Shown here: positions 1 to 10,349 of the stretch, piece after piece | Layout: each line of letters begins with the position of its first letter | Position numbering within the stretch: the stretch's first letter is position 1 | NCBI GenBank assembly: GCA_963674825.1 | Contig: OY771587.1 | Coordinates: forward strand, 1,120,001 to 1,184,000 | Source: Candidatus Cloacimonadales bacterium | GTDB lineage: Bacteria; Cloacimonadota; Cloacimonadia; Cloacimonadales; JAIOQZ01 | Direction: 5' to 3' | Length of the DNA: 64,000 bases | The notes under the pieces: model-generated | The model's input: the letters and a program-made list of their open reading frames with translations, nothing else | The model's database searches: none | Told to the model about the DNA's origin: nothing | Translations under genes and position numbers: made by a program

Positions 1-76
1 CACGTTCGAGATTGATGCTTTCCGCGCCGAGGCTTCCGATTAAAAGCGCAATACATATCGTCCAAAATCTTTTCAT
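1..76 (-). CDS. 5' end of a secreted protein running off the window (possibly TolC-family, given the upstream TetR)
   Basis: ATG at 76 overlaps the TetR stop. MKRFWTICIALLIGSLGAESINLER reads as a signal peptide. Confidence 0.55.
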   Translation of the reverse strand, partial: MKRFWTICIALLIGSLGAESINLER

Positions 77-696
77 CACACCTCCCGGGGCCTTGCGATT
101 CCATTCCAGACCAAGTCAATGATCGCCTCTTTACGAGCCTCTACAAACTCTTTCGAAAGCACTTTGAGCCCTTCGACCTTGTTTTCGAGGATTGGCCGTG
201 CGGCAAACGGGAAGATGCACAAAGCGATCAGGCTGATAAACAGATGAATCGGATCGATATCCTGGATCTCGCCACGCTCAACTGCCCGTCGTACTGCCGT
301 GATCACCGGAATTTCGTTCATCTCCCACTTCTTCATAATCCTGTTAATCAGGTCGTTGACCTTTCCTGAGCCATGCCCGAGTTCCCAGATCATGAACCGT
401 GTCACATAAGGTTTCTTGGAAATCGAGTTAAGATAAACCGTGACAAAGTTTTCCAGGTAACTGCGGAAATCCGTATCCACAGATATATCCCGGAATAATC
501 CTGAAAAAAAGTCGTGCATCACGCGCTCGAAAACCATCTGAAAAAGGTGATCCTTACTGCGGAAGTAATAGTGCAGCAAAGCCTTATTGATACCGGCCTT
601 CTCTGCGATGACATTCATTCTCGCACCATCGTAACCTTCCTTGACAAAGACACTTGATGCCGCTTTGAGGATGGTCGTTTCAATATCCTTGGTCAT
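76..696 (-). CDS. TetR/AcrR family transcriptional regulator
   Basis: N-terminal HTH 'EGYDGARMNVIAEKAGINKALLHYYFRSK'. GGAG RBS precedes ATG at 696. Confidence 0.93.
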   Translation of the reverse strand: MTKDIETTILKAASSVFVKEGYDGARMNVIAEKAGINKALLHYYFRSKDHLFQMVFERVMHDFFSGLFRDISVDTDFRSYLENFVTVYLNSISKKPYVTRFMIWELGHGSGKVNDLINRIMKKWEMNEIPVITAVRRAVERGEIQDIDPIHLFISLIALCIFPFAARPILENKVEGLKVLSKEFVEARKEAIIDLVWNGIARPREV

Positions 697-733
697 GTTC
701 AACTCCTATCGCTATGTCATTTGACTCTTCAAT

Positions 734-780
734 TAAACCAATCACTTTAACCATATAGTCAAATTTAACCGGATGGTCAA
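734..780. promoter_or_regulatory. Tandem imperfect palindromes TTAACC-N4-(G/A)GTCAA, likely TetR autoregulatory operators over the promoter
   Basis: TTAACCATATAGTCAA 747-762, TTAACCGGATGGTCAA 765-780, weaker copy 734-749, all just upstream of tetR. Confidence 0.6.
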
Positions 781-866
781 TACTGGCAAGTTTTTTCTGA
801 TTGTCTCGTCCTGAAATTGTTGACCGTTTGGGCTAAGGAGGCACTATATTGGGGTTTCTTGAGCAG

Positions 867-895
867 AAAAAAAGCCTGCCCCGAGTCGTGCAGGC
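867..895 (-). terminator. Rho-independent terminator after the FG-GAP gene
   Basis: Minus strand reads GCCTGC...GCAGGC followed by a T run. Confidence 0.7.
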
Positions 896-1002
896 CGGTT
901 GACTTCCTTCGATTCTACTTCGCTCCCTTCCACACATACATCTCTTGTTGTCGTTGAGTTATATGAGTTTGTGAAAAGCCGAATTGCCTGGAGTTTGAGT
1001 GA

Positions 1003-3941
1003 TCAATTACAAGCCGGTTCACTTCCTATCCTGATGGGTAAAGGTTCGGGAAACGGGCTGCCTGCAGTCACTCTGTAAAACTTGGAACAAGAAGAAGTAC
1101 TCAAATCACTCCAGGATGTCGTGTTCAAATTCACGGCTTCCACTGCCCAACCATCAGGAAATTCGGCATTTGGATCGTTTGAACTATATACAGTATAAAT
1201 GACACCTCTGGAATTATACGGTACTGAATCCCAGGAGATCGTTACACTTGCATCGTTGCGGGTAATCGTTACATTCTGTGGCGGCATCAACGTAATAAAC
1301 TGCTGAATCGCAGACCAATCGGACTCAGCGAGTTCATTATCGACCGTTTTCACCCTGTAGTAATATCGATATCCTGCAAGGAGGTTGCTTTCAATCTGGA
1401 TATACGGCTGTCCAAATACAGTTATGACCGAATAAACAGGGGCGACAAACGTGTCGGTCGTATCCACCTCGACACAGTACTTCAAATGATCGGAATCATC
1501 GCTAAAATCCGGGTCGGAAGCATTACCCCAGGAAAGGATCGGCGTTAAGCTGTAAACAGCCTCGTCATTTGCCGGCGAAAAACCGCTTATAGGCGCATCA
1601 GGAGCCGTGTTGATCATGTTGAAGAAGAAATGAGCCGTGCCATCGGTAAAAACCGATGTCCAGCCATTTGAATAATTAGGTTTCATGCGCCAGTAATAAA
1701 CCGTATCGTCTGCAAGATTACCATAATCGGGCAATGTATTCAATCTCACCCCAGCGTAAAGTTCCGTAATCCGGGGATTGGGAGGAAGAACATTGTCATC
1801 TACTTCGGGACTGGAGAAATCGGGATTATCATCAATCTGTACCTGATAATCGGCTATAACGTCGAGGCTGTTGGCTTCCCAGAGCAGGGTTCCGGTGGGT
1901 CGCTGTTCATCAGCATTAATCAGACAAGGGTATAGAACCGGATTGGATACCTGCTCGGAGGCAAAGGGAGAACCGGCAAAACAATTATCAATAGCCTGCA
2001 CACTCCAATAATAAACCACAGAAGATGTCTGAAACGGATAGGTTACGTCAAATGTCCATTCGGTGTTATGGTTCTGACTGCCCAAACGGGGTACTTTCCG
2101 CCAGCCGTCGCTCTGCGCCATGGATGAGAATATCTCATCACCGCCGGATGTTGAACCGACCCGTAAGTTATAGGTCAATCCCGAGGATGGGGTTTCATCA
2201 TCCGTGGCGGCATTCCAACTGAAGGCAAGGGAGTTCTTTGTGAAGTTTGCCGTCAAACCGGTCGGAGAAGTGGGGACGGTATTGGCAATGGCAGCATTAT
2301 TTCTATAGATACTGGTAATATCATACCCTGCCAACAGAATATCCAAGTCGCCATCATTATCATAATCACCCCAGGCAACGGAACCATTTACGAGACCCGT
2401 CAAATTGATGCCGGTTTGTTCTGTAAAGGTGCCGTCTCCATTTTTTTTTAGATTTTGGTAGTGGGGCTGGAGCCGTATCCCGATAGAAGAATATCCAGGT
2501 CGCCATCGTTGTCGTAATCGCCCCAGGCGACACTACAATTCGTTACTCCAACCAGCCCGGCATTGATATCCGTAAAAGTATCATCGCCGTCATTGCGATA
2601 GACCTTGCTGATTGTGTGCCAAGAACCATCATAATATATTCCCGCCAACAGAATATCCAGATCGCCGTCGTTGTCATAATCACCCCAGGCGACGCTGCAA
2701 AAACCAACACCCTGCAGCCCTGCATCGATGTCCGTAAAAGTATCATTTCCATCATTGCGATAGATTCTGGAAATATATACTCCGTAGGGTAACCCGGTGG
2801 CAAGAAGGATATCCTGATCACCATCGTTGTCATAATCACCCCAGGCAACAGAACCATCGCAAATGCCAGGTAACCCGGCATTAATGGCGGTAAAAGTATC
2901 ATTGCCGTCATTGCGGTAGACTTCGCTGAGGTAGTTGCCGGCAACATTACTTCCCGCTAATAGAATATCCAGGTCGCCATCGTTGTCATAATCGCCCCAG
3001 GCGACGCTATTATACTCTACTCCAACCAGCCCAGCATTGATGTCTGTAAAAGTATCATTGCCGTCATTGCGATAGACTTCGCTGAGTCGGCCGCCGGGAA
3101 TACTCCCTCCCGTCAATAGAATATCCAGGTCGCCATCGTTGTCATAGTCTCCCCAGGCAACATCATTACCCGAAGAAACATCCACTAAATTGTCGGCAAT
3201 TTCGGTAAACAGATGCAAGGGGGCGCCGTCCGTCAAGACGGTACCATCCGTATCGCCATGAAGGTTATTGTCGGTGTAGTCCAGGATATCGTCTGCGCCG
3301 TCGCCGTTTATGCCCAAATCTTCCAGGACATCCAAGCGCCAATAGCCAATCAGACCATTCTCTGAACCGGTTAATGGATCCCAAATGGCAGATTGGATTT
3401 CCACCTGAGAGCGAGCATAATTCCAGATGCGTACTTCATCCATTTTACCGTTATGGGGAAAACTTCCATTACCTCTTAAGCCTAAACGGAAATCGCTGTC
3501 AGAGTGGACGATCGCTGTCGTCAATGGGTTTGAGCCATTATTTACTGCCCCCATATCGTTGCCGTTTATATATATCTGACCAAGGGATTGACTGGGATCA
3601 TATACACAAGCCACATGTACCCATGAGCCTGGAGTAAAGGCTTCGGCGGGGGTATCGATCCACACGCTGGTGGTGGGAATGAAGCGGATACCATTAGAGG
3701 TGCTGCCACCTAAATGGATTTCCAATTCTTCGCTGCTTTTTGCCGTCAGGAAATCTACATCGGTGCCGCTACCGTCCCAATAAAACCATAACTCGATGGT
3801 TACGGCAGCTACATCAAACAGGTCATCGTCGGGAATGCTGGCATAATCGGTTATCCCGTTAAATTCCAATGCGTTATTACCATACAAGTTGAGAGTAAAA
3901 AACATGAGGAAAATGAAAATGATGATCCCGGCTGTTTTCAT
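1003..3941 (-). pseudogene. Secreted LamG + FG-GAP repeat + FN3-like protein split by a 1-nt frameshift/stop near 2441-2450 (ORFs 2448-3941 and 1003-2403)
   Basis: Signal peptide, LamG ('WVHVACVYD', 'GKMDEVRIWNYARS') and six 'VAWGDYDNDGD' repeats across the two ORFs. The repeat unit continues across the junction (..KI*/xxNGDGTFTEQTGINLTGL..). Confidence 0.8.
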
Positions 3942-4063
3942 TTTTTTCTCCTTTGCATCGCACGCAGTTTATACATGATCTGATCAGATTTTATAAGGTA
4001 TATACCTTTTCTGTCAATATCATTCTATCTCACAAGTCCGTCGGTGCTTGGGCAGAAATCCAA

Positions 4064-4100
4064 GCGTCCGTAAAGCTCTGCCAAGGGGGCATTTAATAGG
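4064..4100 (+). repeat. Left copy of an imperfect direct repeat flanking the RiPP segment
   Basis: GCGTCCGTAAAGCTCTGCCAAGGGGG (4064-4089) matches 11152-11177 at 22 of 26 positions. Both are followed by CATTTwATAG. Confidence 0.6.
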
Positions 4101-4317
4101 CAACCAGGAATTGGGTCGCACAGAAGGAGACTAACTCTAAATATACGTGGTCGTGGATGCGAATGGTTATCCGGTCTGCATTCTTGTTACGTCAGGTGCC
4201 AGAATGAGCGGAAAGGAATCGCGACACGATACGCCGAGAACGTATCGTCGTACATTGCAGCGGTAAAGATTCGATGCCTCTTCTTCTGGCTCAATATCTC
4301 GTGACGACACTCTTTAG
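4099..4317 (+). mobile_element. Degraded, internally deleted IS5-family transposase remnant
   Basis: Fragments GNQELGRTEG / IYVVVDANGYPVCILVTSG and C-terminal GIATRYAENVSSYIAAVKIRCLFFWLNIS*. These match IS5-type motifs GRxKGG-K(I/L)H-VDxxG and R-IATRY-K. Confidence 0.75.
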
Positions 4318-4326
4318 AAGTCATTC

Positions 4327-6339
4327 CTATATTGCAAGAACTGCTCGTATCTTGAGATAAAGCGTTTTATGATCGAGTTCCCAAGTATCATCATATCGAT
4401 CTGCTCCTGAGTTATACCCAGCATAGACAGTGACCTGATTATATACTTGCCAGGAAGCGTTGAAATAGACCCCGTAGTGACCCTTATATCTGCCTATTGA
4501 GTAGTTGTGATATCTCAATCCTGATGTGAAAAACAATGTTGAGAATAAATAATACGTAACATCAGAATTTGCTACATCATAGCTTGGATCGATACTCTGT
4601 GTTTCATCCTCAGAGATATCGTAGTATTTCTTCCTTGTCCAGGATGCACTCAAGCTGAAATCGGACCATAAATGTATTGAAGAAGCAACGTTGATGCTTG
4701 CCCATGGCTTAACCTGAGCAAGCCTATAAACCAATTCCTTTCCGCTGGATCCAGTCATCGCTATACGATCATTCACCCGAAACGTGTAGTTTAAGTTATA
4801 GTAAGCTGTGTACTGGGAATACAGTTCGTCCAGATAGTCTTCCTGGCTATTCGTATAGAAAATGTTATGTGAATAATGCTGTGAGTGTTCAATGCCGAAC
4901 TTACCACCATAATTGCTCGTTCGCAGTGAATTGGTATTGTTATAGTATGTTGCATTCACCCAGACACTTGTACTGGTTGTTTCGATTATCCCCTTGCTTT
5001 CTTTCTCGTAGGATAATTCCGCGTCATATCCAGAGTAATTCGTTTCGTAGATTCGTCCCAGTGAACTTACAAAATCGCGACCAATATAATATCCATCAAG
5101 AGACAGAGAGAAATCTCCAGCCCGTTGATAATATGAAGCTTCGGAATACAGGTCGAGCAACACGTCATTATCATCGTGTTGATAGCGCGATAAATAGCCA
5201 TCGATCGTCAGCCATTTTGTCGGAGATATATACCAGGTAGGTTTAAACTGCAGCACTTCATTATCTTCATCGTCCTGCATATTTGCTATAATGCTCGAGT
5301 GTAAATTGACTGACTTATACTTCGAAAGAAATGATGCCAGAAATACTTTACCGACCGAGTCCTCAATATCGTCATCGTCCTGTGCAACCAATATTCCATA
5401 GTTGTATGATGCGGAGCTATTGATATATTTCAGGGCCGCTACGGGTTGTAGGATAGTACGGCTATAATATACGGATGTGTCGATATCGAAAATACTGAGA
5501 TCGCTTACAAAGAAGTAGCGGTTTTCTTCATAGTAGGGGTTATATTCGAGGTTGAAGATATCCTGCTCACTGTCAGGAGGGATGTCAGAATAATCGGGGT
5601 TAACAGTAGCATTCAATGTCATATTCGGCTTGGGATGAAAGCAGAAATCAATCCCAAAGCTATTTTCATCCAAATCATTTTCTTCGCGCATCAAATCATA
5701 TTTATCAACGGCATACGGAAGTACTTGCCAATTCATCTGAGACGGGAGTTTCTCATCAATCACAATGGAGGCACCACTTTTAAAATAGTCTTTTTCCATG
5801 CTGATTGGCGCATAAGGAAACGAATACGCTTCTTTCAGCGTCTGATAATATCTCGTGAGAATAATTTGCCATTGATAAGGTGGAGAACCGCTATAACGAA
5901 GGTCTTTACATGGTATTCTCATTGTGCAATTCCAGGTCGAATCGCTGATGGTCGATTCGTACGTGTACTGACTGTCCCATTCTGTCGAAGAGCTCAAATC
6001 GCTGTTTCGAATACCATCATAATAGGATCCCGCAGGAAAAGCATAGAAGAAGTATGCATAGTAGTCTGATGGAGACGTGATGATTTGAACACGTGCATAA
6101 TCGGATGCAGCCCAACGGTCATCAGCAGTAAATGTACCGGGGCAAAATGTGGAATCGATTTCCATCACCCATTGAAATACTAGCGTTGCATCTTCGTACC
6201 TGACAGAGCATTTTGTTGCTTGAAATGCAGGCACCTGATCATCAGGAGAAACACGCAGGAATTGCTCTGTGTTTGCAATGAGTGCCCAAGCTGTTGAGCC
6301 AATAAGCAAGAACAACATGATTATCAAAACAGATTTCAT
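4327..6339 (-). CDS. Secreted/outer-membrane protein, CBM9-like N-terminus + DUF5916-like region
   Basis: Signal peptide. 'WNCTMRIPCKDLRY' and 'ATVNPDYSDIPPDSEQDIFNL...EENRYFF' resemble DUF5916 proteins. The Tyr/Ser-rich C-terminal half is compatible with a beta-barrel. Confidence 0.7.
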   Translation of the reverse strand: MKSVLIIMLFLLIGSTAWALIANTEQFLRVSPDDQVPAFQATKCSVRYEDATLVFQWVMEIDSTFCPGTFTADDRWAASDYARVQIITSPSDYYAYFFYAFPAGSYYDGIRNSDLSSSTEWDSQYTYESTISDSTWNCTMRIPCKDLRYSGSPPYQWQIILTRYYQTLKEAYSFPYAPISMEKDYFKSGASIVIDEKLPSQMNWQVLPYAVDKYDLMREENDLDENSFGIDFCFHPKPNMTLNATVNPDYSDIPPDSEQDIFNLEYNPYYEENRYFFVSDLSIFDIDTSVYYSRTILQPVAALKYINSSASYNYGILVAQDDDDIEDSVGKVFLASFLSKYKSVNLHSSIIANMQDDEDNEVLQFKPTWYISPTKWLTIDGYLSRYQHDDNDVLLDLYSEASYYQRAGDFSLSLDGYYIGRDFVSSLGRIYETNYSGYDAELSYEKESKGIIETTSTSVWVNATYYNNTNSLRTSNYGGKFGIEHSQHYSHNIFYTNSQEDYLDELYSQYTAYYNLNYTFRVNDRIAMTGSSGKELVYRLAQVKPWASINVASSIHLWSDFSLSASWTRKKYYDISEDETQSIDPSYDVANSDVTYYLFSTLFFTSGLRYHNYSIGRYKGHYGVYFNASWQVYNQVTVYAGYNSGADRYDDTWELDHKTLYLKIRAVLAI

Positions 6340-6349
6340 ATTAACTCCG

Positions 6350-7141
6350 TCAAGAAGTTGCGCTTTTGTAGTATCTTAACATAAAGCGTGTCGCACTGTA
6401 GGCAAGCGTAAGAAAAATGGCGCAACACAGGCATGCTGTTAGCAAAACAGACCTTGTCATCCCCTGTTTCAACGCAAGTAAAGGGAAGTTGCCGATAATG
6501 AGAACCGGAATGATATAGGTGAACAACCATTTTATCGCAGGCTGGGCGAAGATAACTCCAGGGAATGTTGAAAGAGTGAAAAAGGAAGTAAAAAGCGAAG
6601 TAAACGCGTCAAATTTGATGAAGATGATCGCGCCAAGATACAAAATGATGTGAAATGAAGTGAAGATCAAGAGAGCAAGTAGCAGCACGAGCAGATAGGT
6701 TGTTATATGCAGAAAATCAACGTGTATCTGAAACTGCTGCACAATGATAATGAAAAGCACGATATCGATCAGGAGTCTGCCGAGAGCCTTGAATCCCATT
6801 ATACTGCAGAACATCTGGAAATGCAGGTGGAGTGGCTTGATCAATAAATGATCCAATGTTCCATACTGCACTCTTTGAGGTAACTGAGAAATGTTTGAGC
6901 TGAAAAAGAGACCGTAGAAATCGTTGACCGTCTTGACTGTCAACACCAATATATAAAGGTCAAACAATGGAATACCCAGGCTTGATTTTATCTGAAAATA
7001 GAGAATCCGATAAAATACAAGCCCCAGAACCAATCCTACAATATCGAGTACCTGATCAAGAATGAAGTCCTTCGAGAAAAACATCATCCTTTTCCATCCA
7101 AGGCGATTCACCTGTAAGTAATATACAAAATGCCGGATCAT
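6350..7141 (-). CDS. ABC-2 type transporter permease (DUF990-like)
   Basis: Multiple TM segments and 'VQYGTLDHLLIKP'. True start is likely ATG 7141, overlapping the upstream stop (ATGA). Confidence 0.85.
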   Translation of the reverse strand: MIRHFVYYLQVNRLGWKRMMFFSKDFILDQVLDIVGLVLGLVFYRILYFQIKSSLGIPLFDLYILVLTVKTVNDFYGLFFSSNISQLPQRVQYGTLDHLLIKPLHLHFQMFCSIMGFKALGRLLIDIVLFIIIVQQFQIHVDFLHITTYLLVLLLALLIFTSFHIILYLGAIIFIKFDAFTSLFTSFFTLSTFPGVIFAQPAIKWLFTYIIPVLIIGNFPLLALKQGMTRSVLLTACLCCAIFLTLAYSATRFMLRYYKSATS

Positions 7142-7932
7142 CCTGTAGCCTCGTATTTCATTATTCCTTTTCTCCACGTGGTCGTAAGTGCAATCCACAC
7201 CACCAGTACCCAGAGCACTGCTTGTGATAGTAAAATGAGAAAATCTGGCCACGGCATGCTTCTGGTTAGAATACGGGCAGGATAGTAAACCAGATACGCT
7301 GGCGGCAAGCTTAGTAAAATAGTTCGGCAAACACCCGGAAAGATATCCAGCGGGAGAATGCTGCCCGTCATGAATGGCAAAAGTATGCTCAGCAGATTTT
7401 CAACAAACCGAATCTCAAGAAAAAAGAAAGCCAGAATCGACAGCCAGAAGATCAGAAGAAATGAGAGGATTGCCGCAACTACGCTCAATACAAGAAACTG
7501 AATCAAGCTTATGAAATCGATTGGAACCAAGAAGCTACCACGCACAACTACGTATGTTGCGTAGGTGATGATAATCGCAACGGATATAGATATGCTCTTT
7601 AGCGTATAATATACAGTGAAATTATGCCAGAAGTAACGATACGGCTTCAGTAAATGATTATTCAAGCCTCCATTTTTGATATCGTTTTTAATATCCCACC
7701 AGGTTGTGATCGAGAATGCCTCGCTCGTCACTCTTGCCAACAGAAAATAAGCAAGCAGTGATGAGAGCTCCCAAGAGCCAAGAGAAGAGCCATTCTGGTA
7801 AACAAAACGAACTAGCAGTAACTGTCCTAACAAGGGAATCAGGACAACGAGGAAGCTCAAGATGAAGTTTGTCCGATACGCCATGCCCTCTTTCAGGGTT
7901 TGTCTGGCCAGTCCATAGTAGTAGTTATTCAT
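7138..7932 (-). CDS. ABC-2 type transporter permease (DUF990-like)
   Basis: TM-rich, with 'DIKNGGLNNHLLKP', 'GSILPLDIFP' and a C-terminal 'YEATG'. Confidence 0.85.
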   Translation of the reverse strand: MNNYYYGLARQTLKEGMAYRTNFILSFLVVLIPLLGQLLLVRFVYQNGSSLGSWELSSLLAYFLLARVTSEAFSITTWWDIKNDIKNGGLNNHLLKPYRYFWHNFTVYYTLKSISISVAIIITYATYVVVRGSFLVPIDFISLIQFLVLSVVAAILSFLLIFWLSILAFFFLEIRFVENLLSILLPFMTGSILPLDIFPGVCRTILLSLPPAYLVYYPARILTRSMPWPDFLILLSQAVLWVLVVWIALTTTWRKGIMKYEATG

Positions 7933-8878
7933 GACTCAAAATCTCGACAATGATATCTTCATTATCCTTTTTCTCGACCTTGAAATCGACAATGGCATGT
8001 TTGCCGACAATATCACAAATCGTAGGACTTGATGCATCTCCATCGAAATCCAGAACAACCATATTACCCGCAACGCGACCGTTATAGTCGGAAGCAATTT
8101 TCTGAGCTGTCATATGGGAGTCTGTGTGCAGAACAACCTTTTCATGGCTGTGTTTCTCGAGCAGATAGGCTGTGTCTCCTTGATAAAGAATCTTTCCCTT
8201 GTGCATGACAAGGCATGTATCGCAGCAATCCAGAATGTCCTTAACATTGTGGCTGCAGATAATAAAGCAGATTCCAAATTCCTCATGGCAGAAGTTTATA
8301 AACTTACGCAGGGAATCACGCGAAATTACATCAAGACCAGAGGTCGGTTCATCTAAGAACACTATCCGAGGCAGATGTATAAAGCTGTAGAGCAATTCCA
8401 TCTTTGTTCGTTGCCCAAGTGACATATTTCTCAGTGGTTGATGGATTTCATTAGTGATGTTCAGCGCTTCGCTGAAAATCCCGAGACGACGAACGAACTC
8501 TTCTTTACTGTATCCGTAAATGTGTCGTGACAGCTCGATGCTGTCGATCGCAGGAATATCCCAGATCAGTTGTCCTCTACCTCCCTGAAACAGGCCAATA
8601 TTCATTTTAAAATCTGTGACCAATTTCTGAGGAATAGAATCGAGAACCCGGATTGATCCCGCTGATGGATGCAGTATCCCGGTCAGCATCTTGATCAGCG
8701 TGGTCTTTCCTGCACCATTCTTGCCAAAAACACCAAGGTTTTTCTCAGCATTATGCGTAAAAGATATATCCGAGACAGCCTCAATCAATTTATATGTTGG
8801 CTTCCAGAATGATGATGATGTTTTTACTTTATAGACCTTGCTTAGAGCCTTTACTTCGATTGCGCTTGAACTTTCCAT
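7925..8878 (-). CDS. ABC transporter ATP-binding protein
   Basis: Walker A GKNGAGKT, signature MSLGQR, Walker B VFLDEPT, H-loop CSHN. Confidence 0.93.
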   Translation of the reverse strand: MESSSAIEVKALSKVYKVKTSSSFWKPTYKLIEAVSDISFTHNAEKNLGVFGKNGAGKTTLIKMLTGILHPSAGSIRVLDSIPQKLVTDFKMNIGLFQGGRGQLIWDIPAIDSIELSRHIYGYSKEEFVRRLGIFSEALNITNEIHQPLRNMSLGQRTKMELLYSFIHLPRIVFLDEPTSGLDVISRDSLRKFINFCHEEFGICFIICSHNVKDILDCCDTCLVMHKGKILYQGDTAYLLEKHSHEKVVLHTDSHMTAQKIASDYNGRVAGNMVVLDFDGDASSPTICDIVGKHAIVDFKVEKKDNEDIIVEILSHE

Positions 8879-10113
8879 TTCATTACCTGGGGTAGAGCTT
8901 TTTCCAGCATTGGATGCATGCAGCCATTTTCAGCTTCTCCATTATGTTTCCCAAGCAAGCATCCGCCGTAGCATATGGGAAGATAACTGCATCTTTTGCA
9001 TGCTCCAGATATGTGTTTGTATAAATCATGCTTGATTTTCTGTGAAATTGCCTCATAACCATCTTCCAGATTGCCAACCGAAAACTTTTTGTCTCCAGTC
9101 ATGCTTATACATTTATAAATATCTCCGAAGCTGTCAACGACAAATTCATATCGCTTTTTATTTGAACACAGGTGAGTTTTAATAAAGTCTTCGTATTTTG
9201 TATCCTTCCCCTCAACAGGGATGTTGTTTCTTTGTACAAAGTCCATTTTTACTCTGGAGAATTCAGGATATGTAATAACCGTTGCGAGTTTATTTGTTTC
9301 ACCTGAACATATCTTCGCTACATAGAAATCATTGGGAGAGTATTTCATTATCACATGCTTATATACATAATCAAGACAGTGAACATTTCCGCTGTCGACA
9401 TTTACAGATATGTGTCGCGTAATGTCGTTTTCCACAAGAGAATCAAGGGATCTCATGATATTGTCATACGCCGACTCACCATTCTTCATCGGCCTCCGCT
9501 TATTATGCGTTTCCTTATCCCCATCTACCGTGATCAACACTTTTGCCATATTAACAGCCTTAAGGGCATTTAGCACTTCATCTTGATGAATTCGCACACC
9601 ATTTGACACCATCGTCGTCATTATCGTGGAAAAATGTTTCACAGCAATATTGTAAACATCGATCATTATCTGAGGAAACAAAGTCGGTTCGCCGCCATGG
9701 AACGAGAGGTGAATCACATCGATGCCGCTCTTTTCTCTGCATTGTTGCAGAAAAGCATCCAGGTTATCGAGCTGAGCGAATGATGTATAGCCTTGATACA
9801 TGCCGTGTTCATAACAGTAATAGCAATTGCAGTTACACATGTTCGTCACATGAATCGTCAGTGATATCTTATCCTCATTGCATAAGTGATCCTCAAATCG
9901 CTGGAGAGCTTCTTCAGATTCAGAATAATCATCATCAACAAAATCTTCGCACTCAACAAGCATTCGCATCTCATCATCGTCGAATCCCTTGCCTGTTTTC
10001 CATGAATCCTTGTCGATCGGCCTGTCGATTACAAGTAGAGACTTGTTCAGAGTATTAAAGATAATGGTGTTTTCACCTTCGTTGTATATTTTCGCAAAGT
10101 ATGATAATCTCAT
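8851..10113 (-). CDS. Radical SAM/SPASM domain peptide maturase (420 aa)
   Basis: CxxxCxxC (CNCNCYYC), FHGGEP, VDG. Seven-Cys SPASM motif C-x13-G-x4-C...CxxC-x5-C-x3-C...C. AGGAGG RBS before ATG 10113. Confidence 0.93.
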   Translation of the reverse strand: MRLSYFAKIYNEGENTIIFNTLNKSLLVIDRPIDKDSWKTGKGFDDDEMRMLVECEDFVDDDYSESEEALQRFEDHLCNEDKISLTIHVTNMCNCNCYYCYEHGMYQGYTSFAQLDNLDAFLQQCREKSGIDVIHLSFHGGEPTLFPQIMIDVYNIAVKHFSTIMTTMVSNGVRIHQDEVLNALKAVNMAKVLITVDGDKETHNKRRPMKNGESAYDNIMRSLDSLVENDITRHISVNVDSGNVHCLDYVYKHVIMKYSPNDFYVAKICSGETNKLATVITYPEFSRVKMDFVQRNNIPVEGKDTKYEDFIKTHLCSNKKRYEFVVDSFGDIYKCISMTGDKKFSVGNLEDGYEAISQKIKHDLYKHISGACKRCSYLPICYGGCLLGKHNGEAENGCMHPMLEKALPQVMKWKVQAQSK

Positions 10114-10164
10114 TTTTCCTCCTAACATTACATGAGCATGCGCACTTAAGGTCAAAGATGAACC

Positions 10165-10290
10165 CTAATACAGTGGCGGATCAGGATTTGGAATGGGTTT
10201 GGGATCCGGACAGCGCTGAGTCCTCTGGTTACATGATTCCAATGGAGTTTCATCAAATGCATTTTGCGGTTTCAAGATCATGGTAATCAT
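10165..10290 (-). CDS. Putative RiPP precursor peptide A2, 41 aa: MITMILKPQNAFDETPLESCNQRTQRCPDPKPIPNPDPPLY (not in ORF track)
   Basis: Translated by hand. AGGAGG RBS, paralogous to A1, immediately upstream of the rSAM gene. Confidence 0.88.
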   Translation of the reverse strand: MITMILKPQNAFDETPLESCNQRTQRCPDPKPIPNPDPPLY

Positions 10291-10349
10291 TATTCCTCCT
10301 TTTGTCCTGCAATCTAACTGAGATGCAGGGCTTGCGTTAGTTAGTCACA

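Noticed and set aside
2340..3160. ~150-nt periodic repeats as a possible CRISPR array
   Set aside because: They are coding FG-GAP repeats with synonymous variation, and no cas genes are present.
7142..7330. N-terminal extension of the 6350-7330 ORF
   Set aside because: It overlaps the upstream permease. The ATGA-coupled start at 7141 is more plausible.
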